From Squalus acanthias (lineage: Eukaryota), in contig CM059429.1 of assembly GCA_030390025.1 (NCBI GenBank), positions 66,960,001-67,024,000 of the forward strand: a stretch of 64,000 nucleotides of DNA, given 5' to 3'. A program made the position numbers and the translations under genes. The notes under the pieces are model-generated. The model was not told where the DNA came from. It was given only the letters and a program-made list of their open reading frames with translations, and searched no databases. This document shows positions 12,153 to 23,820 of this stretch, piece by piece (the stretch's first letter is position 1; each line of letters opens with the position of its first letter).

Positions 12153-13204
12153 CTGCAAAGTAACACACAAACAGGTTTGCAGAAGCACAGAACAAGTTGT
12201 CTGCTTTAAAAGAAAACTTAACACTTCAGTACCGGAGACGTTGCATATATTTTAATAATTTAAATTTCGAGAAACCTAGATGAAGGACTAAGGGCCACAG
12301 TGCAGAGCACCACCAGGGTTAAAAAGAAGAGATGAGATCAATCAAGAAAGGTTGGTTAGGTGATGCCAAGTTTTTATTCTTAAAAGCCTGCAGATTGTAA
12401 GAGGGCGGGTAGACCGACACAGGTTAAGGAATTGCTGTTTTGAGCTCCTGGGAAAGAACAAAGTAGAGTAAAAGACAGTGAGATGAATCTCTATTTCAGT
12501 GAGCACACAGCTTCCCTCAGCTGTAGAACGCAAAGATCTCAATTTCCAGCCCTATTAATGCTCCTTGCTAACATAAGGCAGGAAAACAACACAAGTTGAC
12601 CATCCAACCTCTCTTTTCACCCAAGGGGTAGAATTCTACCCCATTTCCATTATATATGCTGTCCAGTGACAAAATTGTCAAATAAATGTTATCAACTACA
12701 AGAGCAAGCCAAAGGAACTCAGTAATTATCACAATTACCTACACAATGAGTTCTCAAACTCAGCTGTGTGCCAGAGAGAAGCACAGAGCCAAGACCATGC
12801 ATTTACTTGTCATGGGGGAAATTAGAGAGCAAACAACATCTGCACAAAGTGCTTTCATTACATATAGAATAGAAGACGGTAAGGGGTGAAACACAAATGA
12901 AACAAGGCCATAATTTATAAATGTGCACACAATCCTAAATTACAATGGGAAATCCCCCACAAATCACTGGATTAATCCCTTGCTCCTATGTTATTTTGTA
13001 CAATGCATATATGATCTATCTCAGCGCACAGCCCCCACCTCTCATGTCTACGGAGACAAATGGACAGTCGTTATAGCAGAGGATGTTAGCTGCACAGATG
13101 TGGATATTAACAAAGAACAGCATGTACATAATGCAGCACAGCCATCCAGGGAGGGGGTGGGATTGGGAAAGAGTAAGTTACTGGCTTTAGTTGTAATATC
13201 TTAC

Positions 13205-13299
13205 CAGATGTTTAAGGGATTCATACAGTAACTGCCTCCCTGAAGAGTCATCAAAATCGCCAACGATCCAGAATGTAAGTGGACGAATATACTTATCGT
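13205..13299 (-). CDS. UGGT1: UGGT1 exon (95 nt): DDKYIRPLTFWIVGDFDDSSGRQLLYESLKHL
   Basis: tag|...|gtaaga; IRP.TFWIVGDFD...GRQLLY motif. Confidence 0.96.
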
Positions 13300-14378
13300 C
13301 TATAAAACCAGATGAGGAAACGAAAGTGAACAATATGCATTTCACCACTTTTAAAACTAATCTTCAGTCTCATCAGATATTCCCCAATGCACAATACCGA
13401 TCCCATGCCACAAGAGGTATTAATTGTGTTCATATTCAACCAGCCGGAGGGGCACAAGATAAAGACAACACAGAAACTGTGTAGGTGTTTCCCTTGTGAT
13501 GGAACAACTAAAAGCCAATTCTATCGCAGCTACTGTGCACATTATGTTGCTGCTCTTAGTGGTCATGTAACTTGGTGGCAAATGATCTTTGCCATTTGTT
13601 TTCAATTGGACGAGAGATTGGTGATCAAGATTTAACCTGACCACTGAGACATAAGGTCATGACCCTCCAGTGGGTGGAATCTCAAATCTTGGAGCAACTA
13701 GTGTTACATGCATTGAACTGCTGTAATGATGCACATGCTTTACAGAATAATAATATAGATGCAGAGATTCAAAAGCGTTGTATTTTTACTGCCAGACTCA
13801 TGGACCCCAAAAACTTGACGGTCTAGGTTCAAATCAGAGACAGCAGTGGTCAACAACAGCATGCTTATTAGGAGCATTCTAAATCAGAAAGTTACGTTTC
13901 TAAGGTTACAAATCTGGCTCCCACCACTCTGGATCACCTATCCATTTAATTAAAGTACTAGAGACCCGAGTGTAGGTCATATATATGCTCATTTAGAGAG
14001 TAATGATGCGTGGAATAAAGAGGGTGTAATTTTTTCCCCCAAAGATTACATTGGTATTATTAAGCACTTGGGCTGAACACTTCCCAAGTTTGACAGCTGA
14101 GGAAGACTTTCCAATAACCTTCACAACACACGCCTGTTCAATCTTTTCACTGTCCTTAGCTTTACTTTCAACTCCAATGTCATTTTTATACATAAAGTTA
14201 TACATCTCATGATTTTTACTACCTGCATTTCATTAACCTTTGCAAATATCCCATTTGTTTTTAACCCTCATCATGTTTGAACAAGTGCAGTATCGCACTA
14301 AGGTTTGCTATAGGTAGATTGGTAGGACAGCCAGGTTTGCAACTTTAGAAATTTAATAACTGGCATAGTATTTTAGTA

Positions 14379-14803
14379 CTGGAAAAAAAGCAGGAAATGG
14401 AATAGATTTTAAGGCAGGTGTAGGGGCTGGGAAATGGGGGAGGGGATGAAAGAACAAAAGGGAAGGTCAGTGATAGGACAGAAAGCAGGAGAGATTAAGA
14501 GACATTGAGAGACATTAAGAGACATTCAAGGCAAGAGGAGGTGGTAATGGGACAGGTTAAGGAACAAAGGATGGCTCTAGATGAAGTGTGAATTGCGCTG
14601 GCAGAATGAAGGACAGCTGCCATGTGGGAGGGAAGAAAAAAAGGGCCAAACAAAAAGTGTGGATAAAAAAAAATATATGATAGGGGCCGAGGTTACGTTA
14701 ACTCTGTTTCTCTCTCCACGGATGCTGCCTGGCCTGCTGAGTTTTTCCAGCGTTTTCTGTTGTTATTTCGGATTTCCAGCATCCGCAGTATTTTGCTATT
14801 GTA
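14379..14803. mobile_element. Penelope-derived insertion (inverted 3' region plus pLTR end) with 14-bp TSD
   Basis: atagtattttagta at 14365-14378 and 14804-14817; right part equals the pLTR end acgttaactctgtttctctctcc... Confidence 0.75.
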
Positions 14804-14980
14804 ATAGTATTTTAGTAATTGTGGCTACTATGCCTCTGCTAAGGGGCACACAAGGCACAGGTTTGCATCTGTGATGTCTCATGTGGCAATGCTCTTTATC
14901 TTCAGCTAGCCAGTGACCAAAGGCTGGGCAATCCCCAAAGAATAACAACAGTATGAAATGTTAATGTGCGCTACTCTGGA

Positions 14981-15124
14981 TCATAGAATCTTACAGCACA
15001 GAAGGAGGCTATTCGACCCATGCGCCGGCTCTTTGAAAGAGCTATCCAATTAGTCCCACTCCCCCGCTCTTTCCCCACAGCAGTGAAAATGTTTCCTTTT
15101 TGAGTATTTATCCAATCCCCTTTT
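14981..15124 (-). mobile_element. CR1 3'-end fragment
   Basis: atcatagaatc...acagcacagaaggaggc is complementary to the 3' end of the CR1 at 3200-3319. Confidence 0.75.
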
Positions 15125-15447
15125 CACGGTAGAAGACACTAAAAACATCCCAATGATAATCAAGGGGCTATAGGGAGGGAGGAACTTAAAGCAATCTCCA
15201 TCATGAGAGAAAAAGTACTAGGCAAACTAATGGGACTAAAGGCTGACAAGTCCCCTGGACCTGATGGCCTGCATCCTAGGGTCTTAAAAGAAGTGGCTGC
15301 AGAGATAGTGGATGCGTTGGTTGTAATCTACCAAAATTCCCTGGATTTTGGAGAGGTCATGATGCGGAGATGCCGGTGTTGGACTGGGGTGGACAAAATT
15401 GAGAGGTCGCACAACACCAGGTTATAGTCCAACAGTTTTATTTGAAA

Positions 15448-15489
15448 TCACAAGCTTTCGGAGCTATCGATTGCCCCTTCCTCAGGTGA
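15448..15489 (-). ncRNA. Mirror hammerhead copy, on the UGGT1 sense strand
   Basis: Exact reverse complement of 16565-16606. Confidence 0.75.
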
Positions 15490-15826
15490 AGTAAATTAGA
15501 TACAGAATCGCCAAAGCATATATAGATAGAGAACAAAGCATGTGTACCTTACAATTGCAGACCACTAAATTAAATCATCCTGACTATCTGCCGAGGTGTG
15601 ATAAAGTTAATCAAGTCAGCCAGGAAGGTACCACATCAAAGACATAGCAAGATACAACTGAGACAATGAGGTGTAATCGCAGGGGTTCTAACGTGTCAAA
15701 AGCTGCCGTCTGTATGTAAAACGAAAAGCTTTAAAATTTTTACTTTTTTACTGGGAAAATGTTTACTTTTTTACTGGGAATCACATCTGTGAACAAGCCA
15801 ACAACGACTCGAGTCCGGATCACGTC

Positions 15827-16234
15827 TGCAAGACATGCCAGATCATCAACACGGATACCACCATCACACGTGAGGACACTAACCACCAGGTACATGGTAC
15901 ATACTCATGTGACTCGGCCAACGTTGTCTACCTCATACGTTGCAGGAAAGAATGCACCGCGGCATGGTACATCGGCGAGACCATGCAGACACTGAGACAA
16001 CGTATGAACGAGCACCGCGCAACAATCGCCAGGCAGGATTGTTACCTCCCAGTCGGGGAACACTTCAGCAGTCAAGGACATTCAGCCTCGGATCTGCGGG
16101 TAAGCGTTCTCCAAGGCAACCTTAGAAACACACGACAACGCAAAATCATCGAGCAGAAACTGATAGCCAAGTTCCGCACTCATGAAGACGGTCTCAACCG
16201 GGATCTTGGGTTTATGTCACGATACATGACGTGA
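15827..16234 (+). pseudogene. Open GIY-YIG endonuclease domain of a Penelope-like element (5'-truncated, no RT)
   Basis: CKTC...YSCDSANVVYLIRCRKECTAAWYIGETMQTLRQRMNEH...VGEHF...R..IEQKLIAKFRT..DGLN; no stops or frameshifts. Confidence 0.9.
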
Positions 16235-16564
16235 TCCGGACTCGAGTCGTCGTTGGCTTGTTCACAGATGTGATTCCCAGTAAAAAAGTAAAAATTTTCC
16301 CAGTAAAAAAGTAAAAATTTTAAAGCTTTTCATTTTACATACAGACGGCAGCTTTTGACACGTTAGAACCCCTGCGACTACACCTCATTGTCTCAGTTGT
16401 ATCTTGCTATGTCTTTGATGTGGTACCTTCCTGGCTGACTTGATTAACTTTATCACACCTCGGCAGATAGTCAGGATGATTTAATTTAGTGGTCTGCAAT
16501 TGTAAGGTACACATGCTTTGTTCTCTATCTATATATGCTTTGGCGATTCTGTATCTAATTTACT

Positions 16565-16606
16565 TCACCTGAGGAAGGGGCAATCGATAGCTCCGAAAGC
16601 TTGTGA
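16565..16606 (+). ncRNA. Minimal type I hammerhead ribozyme (Penelope pLTR)
   Basis: stem I UCAC/GUGA; CUGAGGA; stem II GGGGC-aaucgaua-GCUCC; GAAA; palindromic AGCU helix III; CUU triplet. Confidence 0.8.
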
Positions 16607-18829
16607 TTTCAAATAAAATTGTTGGACTATAACCTGGTGTTGTGCGACCTCTCAATTTTGGAGAGGTCCCAGTGGATTGGAAAACTGCAAATGTAACGCC
16701 ACTATTCAAGAAAGGAGGGAGACAGAAAGCAGGAAACTATAGGCCAGTTAGCTTAACATCTGTCATTGGGAAAATGCTGGAATCCATTATTAAGGAGGTA
16801 ATAGTAGGACATTTAGAAAATCATAAGACAATCAAGCAGAGTCAACATGGTTTTATGAAAGGGAAATCGTGTTTGACAAATTTGCTAGAGTTCTTTGAGG
16901 ATGTAACGAGCAGGGTGGATAAAGGGGAACCAGTAGATGTTGTGTATTTGGATTTCCAGAAGGCATTCGATAAGGTGCCACATAAAGGTTCCTGCACAAG
17001 ATAAGAGCACACGGGGTTGGGGGTAATATATTGGCATGGATAGGGGATTGGCTAACTATCAGAAAACAGAGAGTCGGGATAAACAGCTCATTTTCCGGTT
17101 GGCAATCAGTAACTACTGGGGGTGCCGCAGGGATCAGTGCTGGGGCCTCAACTATTTACAATCTATATTAATGACTTGGATGAAGGGACCGAGTGTACTG
17201 TAGCCAAATTTGCTGATGATACAAAGATAGGTGGGTTAGCAAGTTGTGAGGAGGACACAAAGAGTCTGCAAAGGGATATAGATAGGTTAAGTGAGTGGGC
17301 AAAAATTTGGCAGATGGAGTATAATGTGGGAAAATGTGAGGTTATCCACTTTGGAAGGAAGAATGAAAAAGCAAATTATTATTTAAATGGAGTGAGACTA
17401 CAAAATGCTGCGGTACAAAGGGATCTGGGGGTCCTAGTACATGAAACACAAAAAGTTAGCATGCAGGTACAGCAAGTAATTAGGAAGGCTAATGGAATGT
17501 TGGCCTTTATTGCAAGGGGTATGGAGTATAAAAGTAGGGAAGTTTTGATGCAACTTTACAAGGCGCTGGTGAGACCGCACCTGGAGTACTGCGTACAGTT
17601 TTAGTCTCCATATTTAAGGAAGGATATACTTGCACTGGAGGCAGTACAGAGAAGGTTCACTAGGTTGATTCCTGGGATGAAGGGGTTCATGTATGACGAA
17701 AGGTTGAGCAGATTGGGCCTATACTCATTGGAGTTTAGAAGAATGAGAGGTGATCTTATTGAAACATATAAGATTCTGAGGGAGATTGACAGGGTGGATG
17801 CTGAGAGGATGTTTCCCCTTGTGGGGCATAGTTTCAGAATAAGGGGTCGCCCGTTTAAGACGGAGATGAGGAGGAATTTCTTCTCTGAGGGTTGCGAATC
17901 TTTGGAATTCTCTACCCCAGGGAGCTGTGGAGGTGGAGTCATTGAATATATTCAAGGCGGAGATTGACAGACATTTGAACTACAAGGGAGTCAAGGGGTA
18001 TGGGGAGAGAGCGGGAAAGTGGTGTTGAGGCCAAGATTGGATCAGCCATGATCTTATTGAATAGTGGAGCAGGCTCGGGGGGCCAATTGGCCTACTCCTG
18101 CTCCTGTTTCTTATGTTCTTTATGTTCTTAAAAAGGGAAATAAATCAGGAAATATTCCATGAAATAATCAACTTCACGTAAACACCGTCATAAAGCTCAG
18201 TGTAGATCCCAGAGGTTAATCTCTGCTGGTTAGTGGATTGTGGAATAAATTAAGCAGGGCTCTATCTTTTTCAAAGCGAGTGCTTTTAGTGCAAAAGTTA
18301 ATGGAATATGAGCAGCACTGAAAATTTAATCTGCTCAGAACTTAATTTATTCCATCTGAGTCCAGGACAAAACAATGCGCAAAAATCAAAATTACTAGCA
18401 TTAAGACACAAAGGCTTTAGGCATGTCAAGTAAGTGAATGCAAACAGACTACAACATCCAGTGAAATACTTGGTTTGCAGCACACTGGAGCACTATCCTA
18501 CATGGTAGGATGGAGGTGTCCATCGCTTCTTTCAGGCTGTCACCTAGATCGCAGTTTCCTGATCATGCAGAGGGCCAGAGTGGAGACCAGGTACTGCCTC
18601 AAGAGTGAGGATCACTTTAGCTCAGCTCCACATAACTGGTTTCAGACTTATACTAATAAAGACTTGAGAGTAGGTTCCCAACCTGCCTGTGGATAGTGTA
18701 TGGTGACCAACAGAAAGGGAAGGGACAAAAAAAAACCTTTGAACAGGGAGTCTAGCCCTCATATTTACAGACTAAATCTGAACTTTGTCCTCATTTTCAC
18801 CACAAACTAATAAGGAAATAATAAGGAAA

Positions 18830-19050
18830 AATGCCCAATAAACACAGCAGCTCTGCCAGCATCATGTTAATGTTTTGGTTGGAGACCACTCATTTGAACT
18901 GAAATAGGAAGAGGCAGATCCCGATGTTGGACTATTCTGATTCGGGGACTTGGGTGCATTCTTCAGTTTTTTATCGAAAGGTTTCTGCTTGAAATTTGAA
19001 CTGTCTTTTCAGATGTCGAAAGACCTGCTGTGTATTTCCAACATTTACAG
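18830..19050. mobile_element. Old inverted pair of Penelope pLTR fragments
   Basis: aacacagcag..cagcatc on the left vs gacctgctgtgtatttccaacattt on the right; heavily degenerate. Confidence 0.45.
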
Positions 19051-19856
19051 ATGTTTCTTTTAATGACATGCTGCACAATTCAGTCGTTTGTTAGTTCCAG
19101 ATTAGTGCTAACCTGAAGAAATGTACCAAAACACAGCCTGAGTATCTGTTCCCGACTGGTAAGAAAGTTATTAGTCAAGTCCTTATCCATGGACTTATAC
19201 CGTGAAAAGCTGTCATATAACTAGGATACAATTTGAGTGATAACCTGAAACAGGATTGCAGAGGTCCAAAGTAGATCACACCTGCATTTGTCAACACAAA
19301 CATTGGCAATAAAGGTTTGGCATGTGCACTGCCTGCATTGGTGCCAGCCTGCTATTTGTGCCCATTTAACACTAGCAGCAGGATCCATTTTGCATTCACC
19401 AATCTGACAGCAAGGGGCATTTCAGTTTAGAGGAGATAAAATGCAAAGTAATGGGATAACAGCTGCTTAAAATTTGGCAAATAACACCAACAGTCATGCA
19501 AATATGTCTATTAATGTGAGGGGGTAGGTCTAGGATGGTCACACAGACTACTGCTTTAATAATACATTACGTTAGAACAAACTTAGAACATGGTGAGAGG
19601 CAGCAAATTTTGCCACAGACCATCGAAAATTATAGGTATGCCATGCAAAAACTATTGCCATCGCTCCCACCTCCCCATTTTTTTTTAAACATTTTCAAGA
19701 CATAATTATTTAAATGCAACAACACTAGCACATTAATTTGTGAAAATAATCCATATGTTAGCAAGGTGCAAGATTAATTAGCTCATAGTGAATTACTCTT
19801 CCACTCAATTGCATACCAGTGAATTCCAGCACAAAAATAGCACTGTATATTCTATG

Positions 19857-20040
19857 GAAAGAGAAACAGAGTTAATGTTTCAGGTCGATGACCTTTCATC
19901 AGAACGTTCTGACGAAAGGTCATCGACCTGAAACGTTAACTCTGTTTCTCTCTCCACAGATGCTGCCTGACCTGCTGAGTATTTCCAGTATTTTCTGTTT
20001 TTATTTCAGATTTCCAGCATCTGCGGTATTTTGCTTTTGT
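19857..20040 (+). mobile_element. Short Penelope-derived insertion with a ~100-bp palindromic double hammerhead and 15-bp TSD
   Basis: Palindrome centred at agaac|gttct (19905/19906); actg(t/c)atattctatg at 19842-19856 and 20041-20055. Confidence 0.85.
19906..19940 (+). ncRNA. Minimal hammerhead ribozyme
   Basis: GUU-CUGACGA-A-AGGU caucg ACCU-GAAA-CG-UU-AAC. Confidence 0.75.
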
Positions 20041-20927
20041 ACTGCATATTCTATGCAAGTTTGTGTGGTAGACAAATCTCCAACGTGCAATCTTAGGAGT
20101 CATGGTTTTTTTTGGTGACATTGTCACCTTACCCTTCCACCCCTGACATGGTAATGGTCGCCACTCAAATAACTATTTTTCACTTGACCCGAAACAGAGG
20201 CCATCAGCGTGCTATTTGACCTTGAATGGCATTACAACTGAACCCAACCCGAGCCTCGTTAAAAGCCCACACAGCGTACTTTCTAGCAGGGGTCATGGAC
20301 ACTGCTCGACTGCAAGAACTCGGCCCAGGTTTTTTCTCCTCCGCATCTCGGGGGCACTTGGAAAGTTGTTGCACCCAACTGATAGTAGCAGAGATGGAAC
20401 CCAATACCTTCCTGGTCTGTATAGCTTTAGTGCCACACCACACAGCATATTCACCAACTGCGCTGCTAAGAGCTCCCCACTAGGAAATAATTGAGCAGAA
20501 AGTTTCAGTGAACATGGTGCAGATTCGGAAAGACAAAGCTCAGGCAGCTGCTCAATATGTGTTGCCAAATTAGACTTCACACTCCTCACATTAAATTAAT
20601 ACAAGTCTGAAAATTGCCATTAGCTTTTATTTGATCAAATCAAATGTGTAGAAAGAATGAGCTTGATGGGCCAAATGTTCTTGTGCTGTCTCTCTTTCTC
20701 TCCATTTATATTTAAATTTGCACAACAGTAATTCAGTTAATTGAAATATGCGAGCTGGGGTTTGATTCTTAAAGAGTCCAATGTATTGTAACGAGAATCC
20801 TGAATGTATGTGGAATTGAGCGGTTGCACTAAAATCCAATAATAAAGCAATTGAGTGGAAAATATGAAAAATGCATCGCATTGAAGTAGATTTTGGAATC
20901 CGACTAACAAATAGAGCAGAAAGTTAC

Positions 20928-20951
20928 CATAGATCTCTCTTGAAGACATTC
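20928..20951 (-). CDS. UGGT1: UGGT1 24-nt microexon: (G)MSSREIY(D)
   Basis: gtgcag|GAATGTCTTCAAGAGAGATCTATG|gtaact; phase 1/1; matches recalled mammalian UGGT1 KKGMSSKEIYDDSFIRP. Confidence 0.9.
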
Positions 20952-23187
20952 CTGCACAAAAGCATAAAGGACAAAACATAAGAAATAAAAAACATGAATA
21001 GAAGAATAAAGTCAAATTTATAGCAAACAGTTTCAAGCTGCAGCCACATTTAACTTAATAGTGCACATGGTACTGTGTTTCCTCTGACATTAGCGCCTGT
21101 GGCACCCAAATACGGAGAGCAGCCATTTGTAAACCAAATCACCTGAAGGAGAAATGTTTCAGGACAGAAATTCTGAAGATGTGGAGAAATACAGCATTAA
21201 ATCAAATGGTGTCAGCAGCAATTTTTTCAAACTGGTTTTAAACATTCAGATCAAATAATTTAGCAACTTTGAGGTGCCCTTCAGAGCTCACTTTATTTGA
21301 AATCCAAGCTAGACTTTTAACTCCTGATAGAAATGAAAGTGCACTTTTTTAAAAATAAAACTGATTTGATTGCTGAATTCCAGCTTTTTAAAGCCAATTC
21401 CTCTCCCCCCCCCCCCCCACACTTTCACATAGTATCAGCTGACCACAATGTTGGCAGGAAGATGACCTGATCTATAATCAGTCACTTGAAGGCATGTAAA
21501 AGAACAAGTAGTCCCAGTTGACCTGGTGCCAATTCATCCTTCTCTTGTTTGGCAGCAAGATCCTCCTCTTTGTTCAGGTGCAGTGCGATGATATACTAAA
21601 GATTTAAGGCCTGCAAGTCAACAGCCAGCGTAATTGTGGGTTTGTAACACTGTCTAGCACACTACGATCGTGCATCCAAGCGACTGGATTTTGCTTCAAG
21701 CTGCTTCTATATACTTAATTAATAATTCTTTCCCACAACCCAAAAACACGGTTCCCTTGACAGTACTCATATTTTTGGAATCTTAATTAACTTTTGCTGC
21801 TATTTTTAACTTTTTAACAAACACACCAAGTATTTGCCCATAAAGCAAACAATGTAAAAAAGCTATTCATATGCCAAGAGAAAGCAGAAGCCATTTGTCA
21901 AGAAATATCAAATTCAATTAGACATCCTCCATAACATATGCATAGCTCCAACCTAGTACAGCATCAGATTCATGTTGTAATCCACACCGATTGCAACAGG
22001 AAGGGAGTTTATACGAATAAGCTTGAAGTCAATTCTCCACACTAGCACAAAAGGAGGTTTATTTCCCGGTTGTATCAGAACTAAATTACTGGATTGGACT
22101 TCTGTACACCACTACACAACCGCCACAGGTAAATTCTAGATGTAATATTGCACTCAAGTCTGCCCAGAAACAATGGAGAGAACTAAATTATAACAGGGAA
22201 CAGAAGGGAATGAACCAAAAAAATGGCTGATTGAAAAATCAGTAATAGGAATCAAGTTACCACATCTAATCTGGGGGATTAACCCTTCATGGCCACACTG
22301 TACATTGAATGATGAACTGTAGCTTGGAACACGAAAGGCTTACAATTCTTACATTCGTGAAAAATACAAGGCCACTTTTTTTATGTTTATCACAGACGGC
22401 TAATGAAAATGCGGAAACGCATGTTCTTGAAAAGCACAATTGCTGAGAAAGCAACTTTGTTCGAGGTAATAAAGAAATATCAGCCAATCACAGTGCACCT
22501 GTAATGATCCTTTCAACACTTCACAAGCAGCTAATGAACCACTCAATGCATCTCCAAAACATTATTAATGCCGCTGTGGAGTGCACAAGCGTGATAGAGA
22601 ATGGCTCAAGAGCAACAAAAAATGTTATTTGTGATGATGGACTGCAAGATTTGCAATGAAGTGTACCAACAAGATTTTCAGGGCAAGGAAGAACTCCAGA
22701 CACACAGAGAAAGAGGCACTCATGGTAGTATTCGCCATCTATGTGCCCCCACCACCTCACAAAGACTTTAAGAAACTGCCAGAAATTGAGGAAAAACCTA
22801 CACCGTGTAAGGAAGAGCAACAAGATAATGCCTGAATATTACACAGGACATATAAACACACGTGAGAAAATTATGCAGTTGTAAAAGATTTATGCAAAAC
22901 AATCTGTAAATAGAAAAATTAAGAATCGGCAGCTGGTATATTAGCAATGAAAAGAGCAAGAATATACAAATTACATTATACATAGCAGGCTGGGAAGAGA
23001 AAGCACCACAGGCCCAACAATTTCCATGGGTCAACACACCCTGTCTCAATCCATAGCACTCTTAATATAGAAAGACAAAACTTGCAGATAATAGGAGCCA
23101 GAATAAAACAGATGATAGAGCTCTTGAACCAGCAAGATCCAAAATATGTGAGGAGGCAATCACAGATCTTTTCTGGTGAGAGAGAGA

Positions 23188-23524
23188 GATGCACTGCAGC
23201 AACTCGCCAAGGATTCTTCAGCAGCACCTCCCAAACCCGCAACCTCTTCCACCTAGAAGGACAAGGGCAGCAGGCGCATGGGAACACCACCACCTCCAAG
23301 TTCCCCTCCAAGTCACACACCATCCTGACTTAGAAGTATATCGCCGATCCTTCATCGTCGCTGGGTCAAAATCCTGGAACTCCCTACCTAACAGCACTGT
23401 GGGAGAACCTTCACCACATGGACTGCAGCAGTTCAAGAAGGCCCACCACCACCTTCTCGAGGGCAACTAGGGATGGGCAATAAATGCTGGCCTTGCTAGT
23501 GACGCCCAAATCCCATAAGCGAAT

Positions 23525-23528
<4 letters not shown>
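23188..23528 (+). mobile_element. 3' end of a second LINE family (CR1/L2 group), followed by (GA)n at 23529-23558
   Basis: Reverse complement of 35050-35400; ...SFIVAGSKSWNSLP...HHHLLEGN*. Confidence 0.85.
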
Positions 23529-23561
<33 letters not shown>

Positions 23562-23820
23562 GTGTATATTACGGTTTGGGCTTTCTTCTTCTCTATTGCT
23601 TACATAAAAATAGTGGTTTCCATAAGCAGACCGAGTCTCCAATGAACTGAAACTTGCATCCTGTATCAGTGCTGAGAGTGGTGCCATGGGATAACAGCTA
23701 CCACTTAGTTACAATATAACCCATTGGCGAATACAAGACATGCCCATGTTCTCCCTTAAACTCCAAAAGGCAGTAGATACCACACCACCAGCCAGAACAG
23801 TAGATTCTATCAAATTTATT

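Larger units (their letters stand above)
15359..16660 (+). mobile_element. Penelope-like element: 433-bp inverted pLTRs around a GIY-YIG endonuclease domain
   Basis: 15394-15826 is the reverse complement of 16228-16660 (about 5 mismatches by eye); attttggagaggtc duplicated at 15345-15358 and 16655-16668. Confidence 0.92.
15125..18130 (+). mobile_element. CR1-type LINE ORF2 (degenerate), interrupted by a Penelope-like element
   Basis: KSPGPDGLHPRVLKE...SLDFGEV|PVDWKTANVTPLFKKG...GNYRPVSLTS...FADDTK; tail ttcttatgttctttatgttctt. Confidence 0.95.
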
